NCBI GenBank assembly: GCA_039936235.1 | Contig: JBDTIS010000141.1 | Span: 1,395 to 65,394 of the forward strand | Length of the DNA stretch: 64,000 bases | From: Burkholderiaceae bacterium | Lineage (GTDB): Bacteria > Pseudomonadota > Gammaproteobacteria > Burkholderiales > Burkholderiaceae_D | Direction of reading: 5' to 3' | Shown: one piece after another, positions 8,551-18,097 of the stretch | How the letters are laid out: each line of letters begins with the position of its first letter | Numbering within the stretch: position 1 is the first letter of the stretch | Notes under the pieces: generated by a model | Told to the model about the DNA's origin: nothing | What the model saw: only the letters and a program-made list of their open reading frames with translations | The model's database searches: none | Translations under genes and position numbers: made by a program

Positions 8551-8961
8551 TCACTCGCGCTTCAACATCTTCAGCAACTTCGACACATCCGCTCGACAGG
8601 TCTGCGTCGCCCTGGCTTCGATGCCGCGGTACAGCGCGATCAGCTTCAGTCCGGACGCGGTCACCTCGCTGCCACCGCCGTGCTGGCCACCCTTCGCCGA
8701 ATCGACCGCAGGCTGCGCGAGTGACCGGTTCAACGCGTCGAGCAGCATCCAGGCGCGCCGGTACGACATGTCGAGACTCCTGGCTGCCGCGGTGATCGAT
8801 CCGGTCTCGGCAATCGCCTCGATCAGCGCGATCTTGCCGGGACCGATGGCGATCGCGTCTCCGGCGGTCACCCTTAACCGGAACTTCATCTGCGGCGTCG
8901 GCGCAGTGGTCGCCGGACGGGATAGGCGCTTGGACTTGGTATTCGCGGAGGCTGGGGGCAT
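8551..8961 (-). CDS. ModE N-terminal-domain-like winged-helix regulator (no Mop domains)
   Basis: The sequence IGPGKIALIEAIAETGSITAAARSLDMSYRRAWMLLDALN matches the ModE/LysR-type HTH N-domain. The protein ends after ~136 aa. The start is uncertain: ATG 8961 or ATG 8889. Confidence 0.7.
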   Translation of the reverse strand: MPPASANTKSKRLSRPATTAPTPQMKFRLRVTAGDAIAIGPGKIALIEAIAETGSITAAARSLDMSYRRAWMLLDALNRSLAQPAVDSAKGGQHGGGSEVTASGLKLIALYRGIEARATQTCRADVSKLLKMLKRE

Positions 8962-9091
8962 GTCAGGACGGGATGCGAAAAGGAGCAGGACGAGCGGCGG
9001 TCGACTTATCCCGATTAGAGCACCGCCGGTCCCACGCGGCCATCGCGCCCACGCACCACATCGCGGTAGTTCCTCATGGAACGTCTGCACT

Positions 9092-9119
9092 AGCGTGATA
9101 TTCATTCGAATATCACGCT
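9092..9119. promoter_or_regulatory. Perfect 12+12 inverted repeat, Mo-box-like dyad 1
   Basis: The sequence is AGCGTGATATTC-attc-GAATATCACGCT. Read as CGtGATATt-N6-aATATCaCG, it has the same CG-to-CG spacing (22 nt) as dyad 2. It lies in the divergent region between the modE-like gene and modA. Confidence 0.55.
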
Positions 9120-9133
9120 TGCTGCAAGGCAAT

Positions 9134-9157
9134 CGTTATATTTCGAGATATATTACG
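9134..9157. promoter_or_regulatory. Mo-box (ModE operator)-like dyad 2 upstream of modA
   Basis: The sequence is CGtTATATt-tcgaga-TATATtaCG. The E. coli-type ModE consensus, as I recall it, is CGnTATATA-N6-TATATAnCG. The dyad ends 32 nt upstream of the modA ATG. Confidence 0.65.
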
Positions 9158-9188
9158 CTTCCACCTTTCTGCGAGCCGACCCGCATCC

Positions 9189-9953
9189 ATGTCCTGTCTC
9201 CTCCGCGCGTCCGCGCTCGCAGTCCTGCTGTGTATGTCGTCGCTGATCTCCAACCCGGCGTCTGCCGCGGACCTGACCGTTTCGGCGGCTGCGAGCCTCA
9301 CCAACGCCTTCCGGGAACTGGGCACGTCGTTCGAAGCGCAGAACCCGGGTACGACGGTCCGGTTGAACTTCGCCGCGTCGGGCGCGTTGCTGCAGCAGAT
9401 CGTCAAGGGCGCGCCGGTCGATGTGTTCGCCAGCGCCGACCAGGAGACGATGGACGACGCTCAGAAGCAAGGTCTGGTCGAGCCCGGCACGCGCGTCGAC
9501 TTCGTTCGCAACGCACTCGTCGTCATCGTCCCGACCGACAGCAAGCTCACGGCGACCGGCCTCGCGGACCTGCGCTCGGATCGCTTCGCGAAAATCGCCA
9601 TCGGCCAGCCGGCCAGCGTTCCGGTCGGGCGCTACTCGAAGTCGGTCCTCGAGCAGGCCGGTCTGTGGACCATCGTGGAGCCGAAGTCGATCGGCGCCCA
9701 GTCGGTGCGTCAGGCGCTGGATTACGTCGCGCGCGGCGAGGTCGATGCCGGCTTCGTCTACGCGACCGACGCGGCCATCATGACCGACAAGGTCCGCGTC
9801 CTGTTCATCGCCTCGACACCGATTCCGATCCTTTACCCGATCGCCGTGATGAAGGGGTCCGCCAACGATGCGATCGCGAGGAAGTTCGCGCAGTACATCG
9901 CATCGCCGCCGTCGCAGGCCGTCCTCGCGCGCTACGGTTTCGGAACGCCGTGA
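9189..9953 (+). CDS. modA: Molybdate ABC transporter periplasmic binding protein
   Basis: A signal peptide is followed by ADLTVSAAASLTNAF, NFAASGALLQQI, VDVFASAD and GRYSKSVLE, which are typical of ModA. Confidence 0.9.
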   Translation: MSCLLRASALAVLLCMSSLISNPASAADLTVSAAASLTNAFRELGTSFEAQNPGTTVRLNFAASGALLQQIVKGAPVDVFASADQETMDDAQKQGLVEPGTRVDFVRNALVVIVPTDSKLTATGLADLRSDRFAKIAIGQPASVPVGRYSKSVLEQAGLWTIVEPKSIGAQSVRQALDYVARGEVDAGFVYATDAAIMTDKVRVLFIASTPIPILYPIAVMKGSANDAIARKFAQYIASPPSQAVLARYGFGTP

Positions 9954-9958
9954 TCGCA

Positions 9959-9983
9959 GGGAAGCACTTGTCCAGTGCTTCCC
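9959..9983 (+). terminator. Stem-loop directly after modA stop (10-bp perfect stem, no U tract)
   Basis: The sequence is GGGAAGCACT-tgtcc-AGTGCTTCCC, starting 6 nt after the TGA. No T run follows, so terminator function is uncertain. Confidence 0.4.
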
Positions 9984-10227
9984 GAGCTCGACGTCGACGC
10001 TCCGCGTGTCCGCGCCGCGCAGCACCGTGAATGCGGTCCAGCCGGCATCCGCGTTAGTTGCGTGGAAATCACACTTTGCTTTCGCATCGTCGTGCGCTCG
10101 TGAATACTTCGGACTGACGTCGAACGGCCGGAATGGTCGTATCGACCGCAAAGGTCGCCAGGGCCGCGAGTCGTGGCGCGACAGGATGGCACCGCAGTCC
10201 GTCCGCTCAGAAAATACAGGGAACCCA

Positions 10228-11331
10228 ATGAAGAAGCTTCTCCCCATCGCCGCAGGCCTTCTGCTCGCCGGCGCGGCCCAGGCCCAGACCGCGGTCACGC
10301 TGTACGGCATCGCCGACGGCGACTTCCGGCTGGATCACACGGCCATCGGTACGCTCAAGTCGGTCGGCAGCGGCGGCGAATCGGCGAGTCGCTGGGGCCT
10401 GCGCGGTACCGAGGATCTCGGCAACGGCATCAAGGCGGTCTTCAACTTCGAGCAGGACTTCGACCTGAGCGACAACGGAGTGCCGCAGGGCAACATCGGC
10501 GGCGTCACGCCGACGTCTCCGACCTCATCGACCGGCAGCCGCCTGTTCGGTCGTCGCGCGATCGTCGGCATCAACATCCCTTCGGCCGGCGAGCTGCGGA
10601 TCGGTCGTGAGTACACGCCGCTGTACCAGGCATGGTCGACCGCCGATCCGTTCGCGGCGGGTACCGTGTCGCGTGCTACGAATTACGCGGTCGGCAACGT
10701 GGTGCGCAACGACAACTCGATCACCTACGAGAGCCCGAGCTTCTCTGGGCTGGCGTTCAAGGCGCAGTTCCGCGCGGGCGAGGCGACGACCAACACGGTC
10801 GCCAGCGGCGCCACGAAGAACGGCGGCAACTCCACCAGTGCGTCGCTGACCTATGCGCAGGGGCCGCTGTACGCGGGCGTCGGTTACATCGGCACGAAGA
10901 ACGCGATCGACAACAACACCACGCGCAGCGAGGCCGCCGCGCTGATGTACGACTTCAAGTTCTTCAAGCTGCACGGGCTGTACTTCCATACGAAGAACGC
11001 GACGACGACGAAGCAGCAGTCCTACGCGTTCGGCGTGACGGTGCCCATCCAGGCGTTCAAGATTATCGGCACCGTGGCACGGGTCGACAACAAGTACGAC
11101 GGCAACAACAGCACGCTGCACCTGAATGACGCGAACTTCTTCGGCCTCGGCGGCAACTACGCGCTGTCGAAGCGCACCGACCTGTACCTGGTCTACTCGA
11201 AGATCGTGAATCAGGGCGCTGCGCAGTATCTGATCGCCGACAACAGCAACGCCGGCCTGTTCACGACGACCAACGTGCCGGCCGGCTTCAACCCGTGGTC
11301 GACCCAGTTCGGCGTGCGCCACCTGTTCTGA
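10228..11331 (+). CDS. Gram-negative general porin (Burkholderia OmpC/Omp38-like)
   Basis: The start is ATG 10228. The N-terminus is MKKLLPIAAGLLLAGAAQAQTAVTLYGIADG, with SRWGLRGTEDLGNG downstream. The C-terminus ends in an aromatic residue (FGVRHLF). Confidence 0.9.
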   Translation: MKKLLPIAAGLLLAGAAQAQTAVTLYGIADGDFRLDHTAIGTLKSVGSGGESASRWGLRGTEDLGNGIKAVFNFEQDFDLSDNGVPQGNIGGVTPTSPTSSTGSRLFGRRAIVGINIPSAGELRIGREYTPLYQAWSTADPFAAGTVSRATNYAVGNVVRNDNSITYESPSFSGLAFKAQFRAGEATTNTVASGATKNGGNSTSASLTYAQGPLYAGVGYIGTKNAIDNNTTRSEAAALMYDFKFFKLHGLYFHTKNATTTKQQSYAFGVTVPIQAFKIIGTVARVDNKYDGNNSTLHLNDANFFGLGGNYALSKRTDLYLVYSKIVNQGAAQYLIADNSNAGLFTTTNVPAGFNPWSTQFGVRHLF

Positions 11332-11354
11332 GCGTCGGCAGACGGTCAACGGAG

Positions 11355-11381
11355 GAGCGGTCGCGAAACCGCTCTTTTTTT
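11355..11381 (+). terminator. Rho-independent terminator after porin gene
   Basis: The sequence is GAGCGGT-cgcgaa-ACCGCTC followed by TTTTTTT. Confidence 0.8.
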
Positions 11382-11417
11382 CGATCACCAGCAACCTGCG
11401 GCGGCGGGACCGCACTA

Positions 11418-12602
11418 TCAGCGCATCCCCGCTGCAACGAAACGCACGAGCGCGATGACCGGCAGCACGCTGCCGACGACGACCACGCCGGTCCAGCTGA
11501 AACGGGCGTACAGCGGACTCGCGATCAGCGACCCGACCGCGCCGCCGATGAAGACGCTCGTCACGTACAGCGCATTCAGGCGGCCGCGGCTGGCTGCGTC
11601 GAGCGCATAGATCTCGCGCTGGCCGAGGACCATGTTCATCTGGACGCAGAAGTCGAGCAGCACGCCGGTGAGAATCATCCCCGCCACCCCGAGCGACGGC
11701 GCCATGGCGACCGGCCAGAAGCCGACGGCAGCCAGCGTCATCGCGACCGATGAGCCCGCCCGCGTGTGGCCCGCGTCGGCGAGTCGGCCGGCGATCGGTG
11801 CCGCGATCGCACCGAGTGCGCCGATCAGCGCGAAGACCGCGATCTGACTCTGGCTGTAGTCGAAGTGACGGGACAGTTCGAGCGGCGCCGTGGTCCAGAA
11901 CAGGCTGAACGACGCGAACATGCAGCCCTGATAGAAGGAGCGCCGACGCAGCGCCGGCAACCGCGCGACCAGCGTGAACAGCGAACCGAGCAGCGCCGTG
12001 TAGCTGGCCTCGTGGTCGGGCTGGCGGCGCGGCATCAGCACCGCTAAGAGCAGCGCGATGCCGATCATCAGCACGGTCGCGGTCCCGAACACGGCGTGCC
12101 ATCCGAAGTGGTCGGCGACGAAACTCGAGAACGGCCGCGACAGCAGGATGCCCAGCATCAGGCCGCCCATCACGTTACCGACGACGCGGCCGCGCGCGTC
12201 GTCCGGCGCGAAATGCGCGGCCAGCGGTACGAGAATCTGGACAGACACGGATCCGAAGCCGATCAGTAGCGAGACGAACAGGAAGATGCCCGGATCACTG
12301 ACGACCGTCGCGATCGCGAGGCTGACGACCGACAGCATCGTCGTCGCGATCAGCAGCCGCCGGTTCTCGACCAGATCGGCCAGCGGCACGATGAAGAAGA
12401 GCCCGATCGCGTAGCCGATCTGCGTCAGCGAGACGGTCAGGCTGGCGGCCGTCGGCGACAGGCCGATGTCCGGTCCGATCAGTTCGATGATCGGCTGTGC
12501 GTAGTACAGATTGGCCACGATCGCGCCACAACAGAACGCGAACAACGTGACCATCGCCGGCGTCATGCGCAACGCGCGCGGCGGTGGAACCTGGGCCTGC
12601 AT
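11418..12602 (-). CDS. MFS transporter
   Basis: The 394-aa protein has about 12 hydrophobic segments and an MFS-like loop (PLADLVENRRLL). An alternative ATG lies at 12566. Confidence 0.85.
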   Translation of the reverse strand: MQAQVPPPRALRMTPAMVTLFAFCCGAIVANLYYAQPIIELIGPDIGLSPTAASLTVSLTQIGYAIGLFFIVPLADLVENRRLLIATTMLSVVSLAIATVVSDPGIFLFVSLLIGFGSVSVQILVPLAAHFAPDDARGRVVGNVMGGLMLGILLSRPFSSFVADHFGWHAVFGTATVLMIGIALLLAVLMPRRQPDHEASYTALLGSLFTLVARLPALRRRSFYQGCMFASFSLFWTTAPLELSRHFDYSQSQIAVFALIGALGAIAAPIAGRLADAGHTRAGSSVAMTLAAVGFWPVAMAPSLGVAGMILTGVLLDFCVQMNMVLGQREIYALDAASRGRLNALYVTSVFIGGAVGSLIASPLYARFSWTGVVVVGSVLPVIALVRFVAAGMR

Positions 12603-12698
12603 CGGCGGAGAAGCGTGGTTGATTGGCCGCCGATGATCGCATGCAGCCCAGTGCTCGGACCCCGATGAGCGTCGTCGGCGATCGTCTCCTTTCGCGGA

Positions 12699-13331
12699 TC
12701 AGACCGCCGAAAAAGGCGTCCTGCGCCTCGTGCGCAGCCTCGTTGCGAGGATCGCGAGGCCGAGACCGAACAATGGCAGCACACCGGGCTCAGGCACGGC
12801 GGTGACTCGGACGTTGTCTATATAGCCGCCGCGACTGTCGCTGATGCCGAACGCGGTGAACGACACGCGCGACAGCGACGAGGTCGCCACGGCGGTCATG
12901 TCGTAGCCGGACCAGACGGTGTCGGCGAGATCGATGCCGCTCAGAGCCATCATCGCGTACGGCGAGTCGTCCCACAGGAACGCGAGGCCGTTCGAGGCCG
13001 CACTCACCCCTGGCCGCGGCGAATACTGGAACTGGATCCTGTAGGTGGCGCCGATCGCCGTCGCGAAGTCCTGATACATGCTGCTGTTGCCATCGGTGTC
13101 GAGTTCGACGTACTGGTTGCCTTCGTACGGCGTACCGGCGACGTGGTTCTGGACTTCGATGGTGGGCGCGCCGATCCAGCCCGGGATGGCCGTCAGCGTC
13201 GCGAAGCTTCCGTCGGCGATGGCGGGCTGCTCGAAGCCGCCGTCGATCAGCAGGTTCGCGTGCGCCGGAATGGCCGCGGCCGCGGCTAGAGCCAGGGTCA
13301 GAGCGACGAAGGCCGTCTTGTAGATACGCAT
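12699..13331 (-). CDS. Secreted PEP-CTERM sorting-domain protein with beta-sandwich-like N-domain
   Basis: I use ATG 13331 (MRIYKTAFVALTLALAAAAAIPAHA, a signal peptide). The C-terminus is VPEPGVLPLFGLGLAILATRLRTRRR: a PEP motif, a TM helix and a basic cluster. Confidence 0.75.
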   Translation of the reverse strand: MRIYKTAFVALTLALAAAAAIPAHANLLIDGGFEQPAIADGSFATLTAIPGWIGAPTIEVQNHVAGTPYEGNQYVELDTDGNSSMYQDFATAIGATYRIQFQYSPRPGVSAASNGLAFLWDDSPYAMMALSGIDLADTVWSGYDMTAVATSSLSRVSFTAFGISDSRGGYIDNVRVTAVPEPGVLPLFGLGLAILATRLRTRRRTPFSAV

Positions 13332-13554
13332 GCGTGCCACCAGGGTTGGTCGTTGATGGTCCACGACTCCCGCATATTCCGTGCCGGGCAAGTTCGCGGC
13401 GTGCGTTTACCCATGACGCGAGCCGTGCAACGACTCACGATCGCGGGACGGCTGTTGTGACGGGAATCGGTCGACAGGACCGCACCGCGTCATCGACAGG
13501 TCGCTTTCGGCCGCGCCGCTATCATGAGCATACCCAGGTCATTCCCTCGATCCC

Positions 13555-14361
13555 ATGCCCAATCCCCTGAAACGCTATCGCATCGTCGACGACCGTAAAC
13601 TGGATCTCGCGACGTTCGATCCCACCGTTCCGGCGATCGATGCGAAGGACGTCGGCGACGCGATGAAGGGCTTGCAGGTCGACATCGCGGCGCTGCAGAA
13701 TAAGTTGTTCGCCGAGCGGACCCGCAGCCTGCTGCTGATCCTGCAGGGGATGGACACGTCCGGCAAGGACGGCGCGACGATCGCGACCTTCGACAAGACC
13801 CACCCGCAGGGCGTGCTGGTGGCGCCGTTCAAGGCGCCGTCGAGCGACGAGGCGGCCCACGACTTCCTGTGGCGCGTCCACGCGCACACACCGGCCAGGG
13901 GAATGATCGCGGTATTCAACCGCAGTCATTACGAGGCCGTGATCGCCGAGCGCGTGCTCGGCCTGGCCGATCGGCAGGAATGTCGCCGTCGCTACCGGCA
14001 GATCGCCGACTTCGAACGGATGCTGGCCGAGCACGGGACGCTGGTCGTCAAGTGCTTCCTGCACATCTCGATCGGCGAACAGCAGATGCGGTTGCAGTCG
14101 CGGATCGACGATTCGACGAAGCACTGGAAATTCAATCCCGCCGATCTCGTCGAGCGGGCGCGCTGGAGCGCCAACATGGACGCCTACACGGATGCGATCC
14201 GGCGGACGTCGACGCGCATCGCTCCGTGGTGGATCGTGCCGTCCGACGCGAAGCCGCATCGCAACCTGATGGTAGCCACGCTGGTCCGCGATGCGCTGAT
14301 GAGGCTGAACCCGCAATATCCGACGTTGGACCCGCAGTACGCGTCGCTGCAGGTCACCTGA
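13555..14361 (+). CDS. Polyphosphate kinase 2 (PPK2) family protein
   Basis: The sequence LLLILQGMDTSGKDGA is the Walker A-like motif. Other family features are DFLWRVH, IAVFNRSHYE and WWIVPSD. Confidence 0.9.
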   Translation: MPNPLKRYRIVDDRKLDLATFDPTVPAIDAKDVGDAMKGLQVDIAALQNKLFAERTRSLLLILQGMDTSGKDGATIATFDKTHPQGVLVAPFKAPSSDEAAHDFLWRVHAHTPARGMIAVFNRSHYEAVIAERVLGLADRQECRRRYRQIADFERMLAEHGTLVVKCFLHISIGEQQMRLQSRIDDSTKHWKFNPADLVERARWSANMDAYTDAIRRTSTRIAPWWIVPSDAKPHRNLMVATLVRDALMRLNPQYPTLDPQYASLQVT

Positions 14362-14504
14362 CGTTCCGTGCCAAGGCGCGGTCCGGCGCAAGACACAGGA
14401 GGGTGTGCGCGAAGCGGTGCTATGACCACACTGACGGTCGGCCGTGCTGTATCCAGGGCCTGCATGGTCGGGAGACCATCGCAGACACATGACGTCGAGG
14501 GCAC

Positions 14505-17500
14505 GTGGACAAGGACTCGAAAGGCTCCAGCGGATCGATCCCGACGACCGGAATGATATGGGTCGCGCTGTTCGCGGCCGGTGCCTTCTTCGCGCACGAG
14601 GTGCCGTGGCAGGGATCGCGTCCGAACGATGGCGAGCCGAAGCCGTATCCGTACGTCGCACGCCAGGACGTCGACGCGCGCCTGTGGCAGGACCCGCTCG
14701 GCGCGATCACGCGTGGACGCGACGATGTCCGCAAACAGTATCCGGGCATTTCGGGACCCGCGCCGTCGGACGGGTCTGTTTCTCCGCGCACGGAGAAGGA
14801 GGAACATGGTCCCGAGGCGTTGGTGGCCGACATCGGGGATCGAAGCTGCCAGTCCGGCGTCGCGCCGCTGATCGTCCCGATCATGATCCCCGGCGGCTCC
14901 TATCCGGGGCTCGTCGAGTCAAGGCGTCGGGACCGATACGCAGCGCTCGCGGCGTTCAACGAACTGGGGTACGCACCCGACGATCCCGAGCATCTCGGTT
15001 ACCTGATGCCGGGCCCACGTACGGCGACCGGCGGAATGACGATGCCCGAGTTCATCGCGTACGAATGGCTGAGCCCGGCGCGCTCCGGCGTCGAGGAGGC
15101 CGGCAGCCCACAGGCTCTCGTGCTGTGGCTCGACGAGGATGTCTTCGGAAAGGAACCGCTCGCCCACTTCGATGCATTGACGAAGATGCTCGGCACCGCG
15201 GCGTGCGCCGCCGGTCCCGGTCGCGCGGCGCACGCCGTCACTCCTCGCTTCGTGGTCATCGGACCTTCGTACACGTCGACGTTGCAGGAGATGCTGAAGG
15301 CCGCGGTCCTGGAACGGCGGAGCGGAGCGACGCCGCCGAAGCGGCCGCGCTTCTACGCTTACGGTGCGACGTCCGACAACGCGAGCATTCTCCAGAGCCA
15401 GGGTTTCGACACGGCGAAGACGACGCTGCCCATTCTTTTCGGGAGCGACGGCCTGGAAGTCTTTCGCACCATCGGTCAGGACCGCGACCTGACCGTGAGT
15501 CTGCACGGCGAACTGATCAAACGCGGCGTCGATCCGGCGCGCCACGCGAACTGCTACAACGAGCCCGCGAAGGAAGCCGGCGTCCAGCACGTCATCCTGA
15601 TCGCCGAATGGGACACGTTCTACGGTCGCGCGCTGCCGGACTTGATGATGGAGCAGTTCAGGGATGGAGGCTGTTCTGCCAAGGCCGTGCGTCGCTACGT
15701 GCATCGTTACAGTTACATGCGCGGCCTCGACGGACAACTACCGACGGTCGGCAAGAGCGCTGCTCCGGCAACGACGTCGTCGACCGCGGCTGCAGCGCCG
15801 GGCGACGCCGGACGGCCCACCGACAAGAGCAACCGCGAACGGCAGATCGAGCGGCCGGAAGGGCAAAGCCAGCTCGATTATCTGCGCCGCCTTTCGGTGG
15901 ACCTGGCCACGCTCGACCAAACGCTGCAGCGCGAAGGCCATGGCTCGATCGTGACGATCGGCGTTCTCGGCACCGACGTGTTCGACAAGATGCTCATCCT
16001 GCAGGCGCTGCGACCCCAGTTCCAGAACGCGATCTTCTTCACGACCGATCTCGATGCGGAGATGCTGCATCCGAAGGAACGTGACTGGGCGAAGAACCTC
16101 GTCGTCGCGTCGTCGTTCGGCCTGCAACTGCATCCGTCCGTGCAGCGCGACACCCTGCCGTTTCGCGACAGCTATCAGACGTCGGTCTACCTGTCGACGC
16201 AGATCGCGCTCTACAACGCACTCGATCTATGCAACGCGACGCTGGACGGCCGTGGTCCCTGCATCGGCCAGAACACGCTCGACCAGTGGCTCGCGCATCC
16301 GCGCGTATTCGAAGTGGGACGTGACCTCGCATTCGACTTCGGCGCGACCCGCGAAGTGCTTTGCGACGACGTCGACGACTGGACGACCTGCGACAGCATC
16401 CATCCTCCCGGTACACGTCGCTTCCGGTCCCTGCGCGGCAACGCCTTTCGCAACGGCATCCTGCTCGTGATCGCGGGCCTCGTGATCCTCGGCATCACCA
16501 CCGGCGTCGGCCGTCGCGTCAAGGCCTGGAAGCTCGGCGTCCGGCTGCGTCGGGCCATCCTTCGAGTGCGGTTGGGCAAGGGCCTCGGCCGTATCGCGAG
16601 CGGTCGTTGGCTGGCCAACGCAGGGCCCGCCAGCTGGATCATGCGAGCCCGCTTCAGCCAGCCGCTGATCGACCTGCGCTTTGGTCGATGGCTGCAGCAC
16701 ACGCATCCTTCATGGTGGGTGAGCGGCCAGCAGAAGCCGTCGTCGCGGCTGCGCAATTGCGTAGCCGACTGGCTCATCCGACTAACGCCGTGGTCGCTGG
16801 TGATGTTCGCCATCGGCGTCGTCACGATCGTTCTGCTGACGTTTTCAGGCCAGTGGTTGTGGGAGCGCTTCGCGGGTTACCTGACACAGGGTGACGACGG
16901 CGAGCCGATCTCGTTCATCGACGGGATCAGCGTCTGGCCGACCGAACTTCTTCGCCTCGTGTCGTTCGTGCTGTCCGTGGCTTTCGGGATCTGGGCCTGG
17001 GTCCTGCTGAACCGCAACCTGATCGAAATCGCGCGCGAGCTGAGGTTCCGGCCCACGCAGAAGCGGATGATGGCCGACGTCCGCTCCGACGTGCGCAACT
17101 GGACGTGGTGCGACCGGATCGTCGGCATCCTTTCGTTCCGACTCGGGGAGTACCAGGGCAAGTCGATGACACGGAAGATCGGACTGACGCCGCGCGCGCA
17201 ATGGTTCTGGAAGAAGTACCTCTACAAGGGCATGGGCCTGTCGCGGTCGATCCGGGTCGTGGGCGCCGTGGTGCTGTACGCGATCGTCGCGTCCGCCGTG
17301 GTCGCCTACTTCGGTGTGCCGGGGACTCCCTACCGCGGCGAGGTGTCCAAGGCTTGGAACGCGGCGGTCCTCCTGCTCAGCGTCGGTTCGATGTTGTTCA
17401 TCATTTTCTTCGTGGTCGATGCGACGGTGTTTTCTCACCAGATCATCAAGGCGCTGAAAAAAGAGATCGACAAGCGGTACGCCGATGGTGGCGGAACGAT

Positions 17501-18002
17501 CTGGGCGAGCAGTACCGTCGCCCATTACCAGAAGAAGTTCGAGATCAAGGATCCGTACCAACTGGACGCGTGGGTGCTGATGGATTTCATCTCGCTGCGC
17601 ACGAAGGTCGTCGCCAAGCTGATCTACCTTCCGTTCATCGCGATCTCGCTGATGGTCCTGTCACGCAGCCAGCTGTTCGACAACTGGACGATGCCGGTCG
17701 GACTCGTCCTCGTGTTCGCGAGCAGCGTCGCGATCATCATGGGATGCGCCATCCTGCTACGCGAGTCGGCCGAGTCGGTCCGTGACGACGTGCTCCGGCG
17801 ACTGACCGAAGAACTGGTCCGTGTGAAAGGGATCGGCGGCGCGTCGGGACAGATCGAGACGTTGATCGCGGAAATCAGGTCGTTGCGCAAAGGCGCCTTC
17901 GCGCCCTACACGCAGCAGCCGCTATTTCGCGCGCTGCTGTTGCCGCTGAGCACGTTCGGTGGCTCCGCACTGCTCGACTACATGACCATGTACAGCTTCT
18001 GA
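14505..18002 (+). CDS. Large (1165-aa) multi-pass membrane protein of unknown function
   Basis: This is a single long ORF with G/C-rich third positions. The start is GTG 14505 (GAGGG just upstream) or ATG 14553. It has one N-terminal TM, a ~620-aa hydrophilic region with paired Cys, then 7 hydrophobic segments and a ~80-aa C-terminal tail. I recognise no catalytic or family motif. Confidence 0.8.
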   Translation: MDKDSKGSSGSIPTTGMIWVALFAAGAFFAHEVPWQGSRPNDGEPKPYPYVARQDVDARLWQDPLGAITRGRDDVRKQYPGISGPAPSDGSVSPRTEKEEHGPEALVADIGDRSCQSGVAPLIVPIMIPGGSYPGLVESRRRDRYAALAAFNELGYAPDDPEHLGYLMPGPRTATGGMTMPEFIAYEWLSPARSGVEEAGSPQALVLWLDEDVFGKEPLAHFDALTKMLGTAACAAGPGRAAHAVTPRFVVIGPSYTSTLQEMLKAAVLERRSGATPPKRPRFYAYGATSDNASILQSQGFDTAKTTLPILFGSDGLEVFRTIGQDRDLTVSLHGELIKRGVDPARHANCYNEPAKEAGVQHVILIAEWDTFYGRALPDLMMEQFRDGGCSAKAVRRYVHRYSYMRGLDGQLPTVGKSAAPATTSSTAAAAPGDAGRPTDKSNRERQIERPEGQSQLDYLRRLSVDLATLDQTLQREGHGSIVTIGVLGTDVFDKMLILQALRPQFQNAIFFTTDLDAEMLHPKERDWAKNLVVASSFGLQLHPSVQRDTLPFRDSYQTSVYLSTQIALYNALDLCNATLDGRGPCIGQNTLDQWLAHPRVFEVGRDLAFDFGATREVLCDDVDDWTTCDSIHPPGTRRFRSLRGNAFRNGILLVIAGLVILGITTGVGRRVKAWKLGVRLRRAILRVRLGKGLGRIASGRWLANAGPASWIMRARFSQPLIDLRFGRWLQHTHPSWWVSGQQKPSSRLRNCVADWLIRLTPWSLVMFAIGVVTIVLLTFSGQWLWERFAGYLTQGDDGEPISFIDGISVWPTELLRLVSFVLSVAFGIWAWVLLNRNLIEIARELRFRPTQKRMMADVRSDVRNWTWCDRIVGILSFRLGEYQGKSMTRKIGLTPRAQWFWKKYLYKGMGLSRSIRVVGAVVLYAIVASAVVAYFGVPGTPYRGEVSKAWNAAVLLLSVGSMLFIIFFVVDATVFSHQIIKALKKEIDKRYADGGGTIWASSTVAHYQKKFEIKDPYQLDAWVLMDFISLRTKVVAKLIYLPFIAISLMVLSRSQLFDNWTMPVGLVLVFASSVAIIMGCAILLRESAESVRDDVLRRLTEELVRVKGIGGASGQIETLIAEIRSLRKGAFAPYTQQPLFRALLLPLSTFGGSALLDYMTMYSF

Positions 18003-18097
18003 CCGCGGGCGGGTTGAACTCACCGGTCGATTGGTCTATGGTCGGACGCCCCACAGCCCCACGGACGGGCCAACCGTCGCCGCGCAGGAGACACGAC

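Noticed and set aside
10525-12102. 525-aa minus-strand ORF spanning the porin gene and part of the MFS gene
   Set aside because: It is antisense to the porin, crosses the porin terminator, and is out of frame with the MFS gene. It has no motifs.
14444-16084. 546-aa alternative-frame ORF inside the giant membrane-protein gene
   Set aside because: The translation is Arg-rich noise. The 14505 frame has coherent TM and hydrophilic organisation and continues for 3.5 kb.
18003-18097. Cobalamin riboswitch upstream of the B12-dependent icmF
   Set aside because: The leader is only 95 nt. I cannot find the conserved B12-box-like core or the multi-stem architecture.
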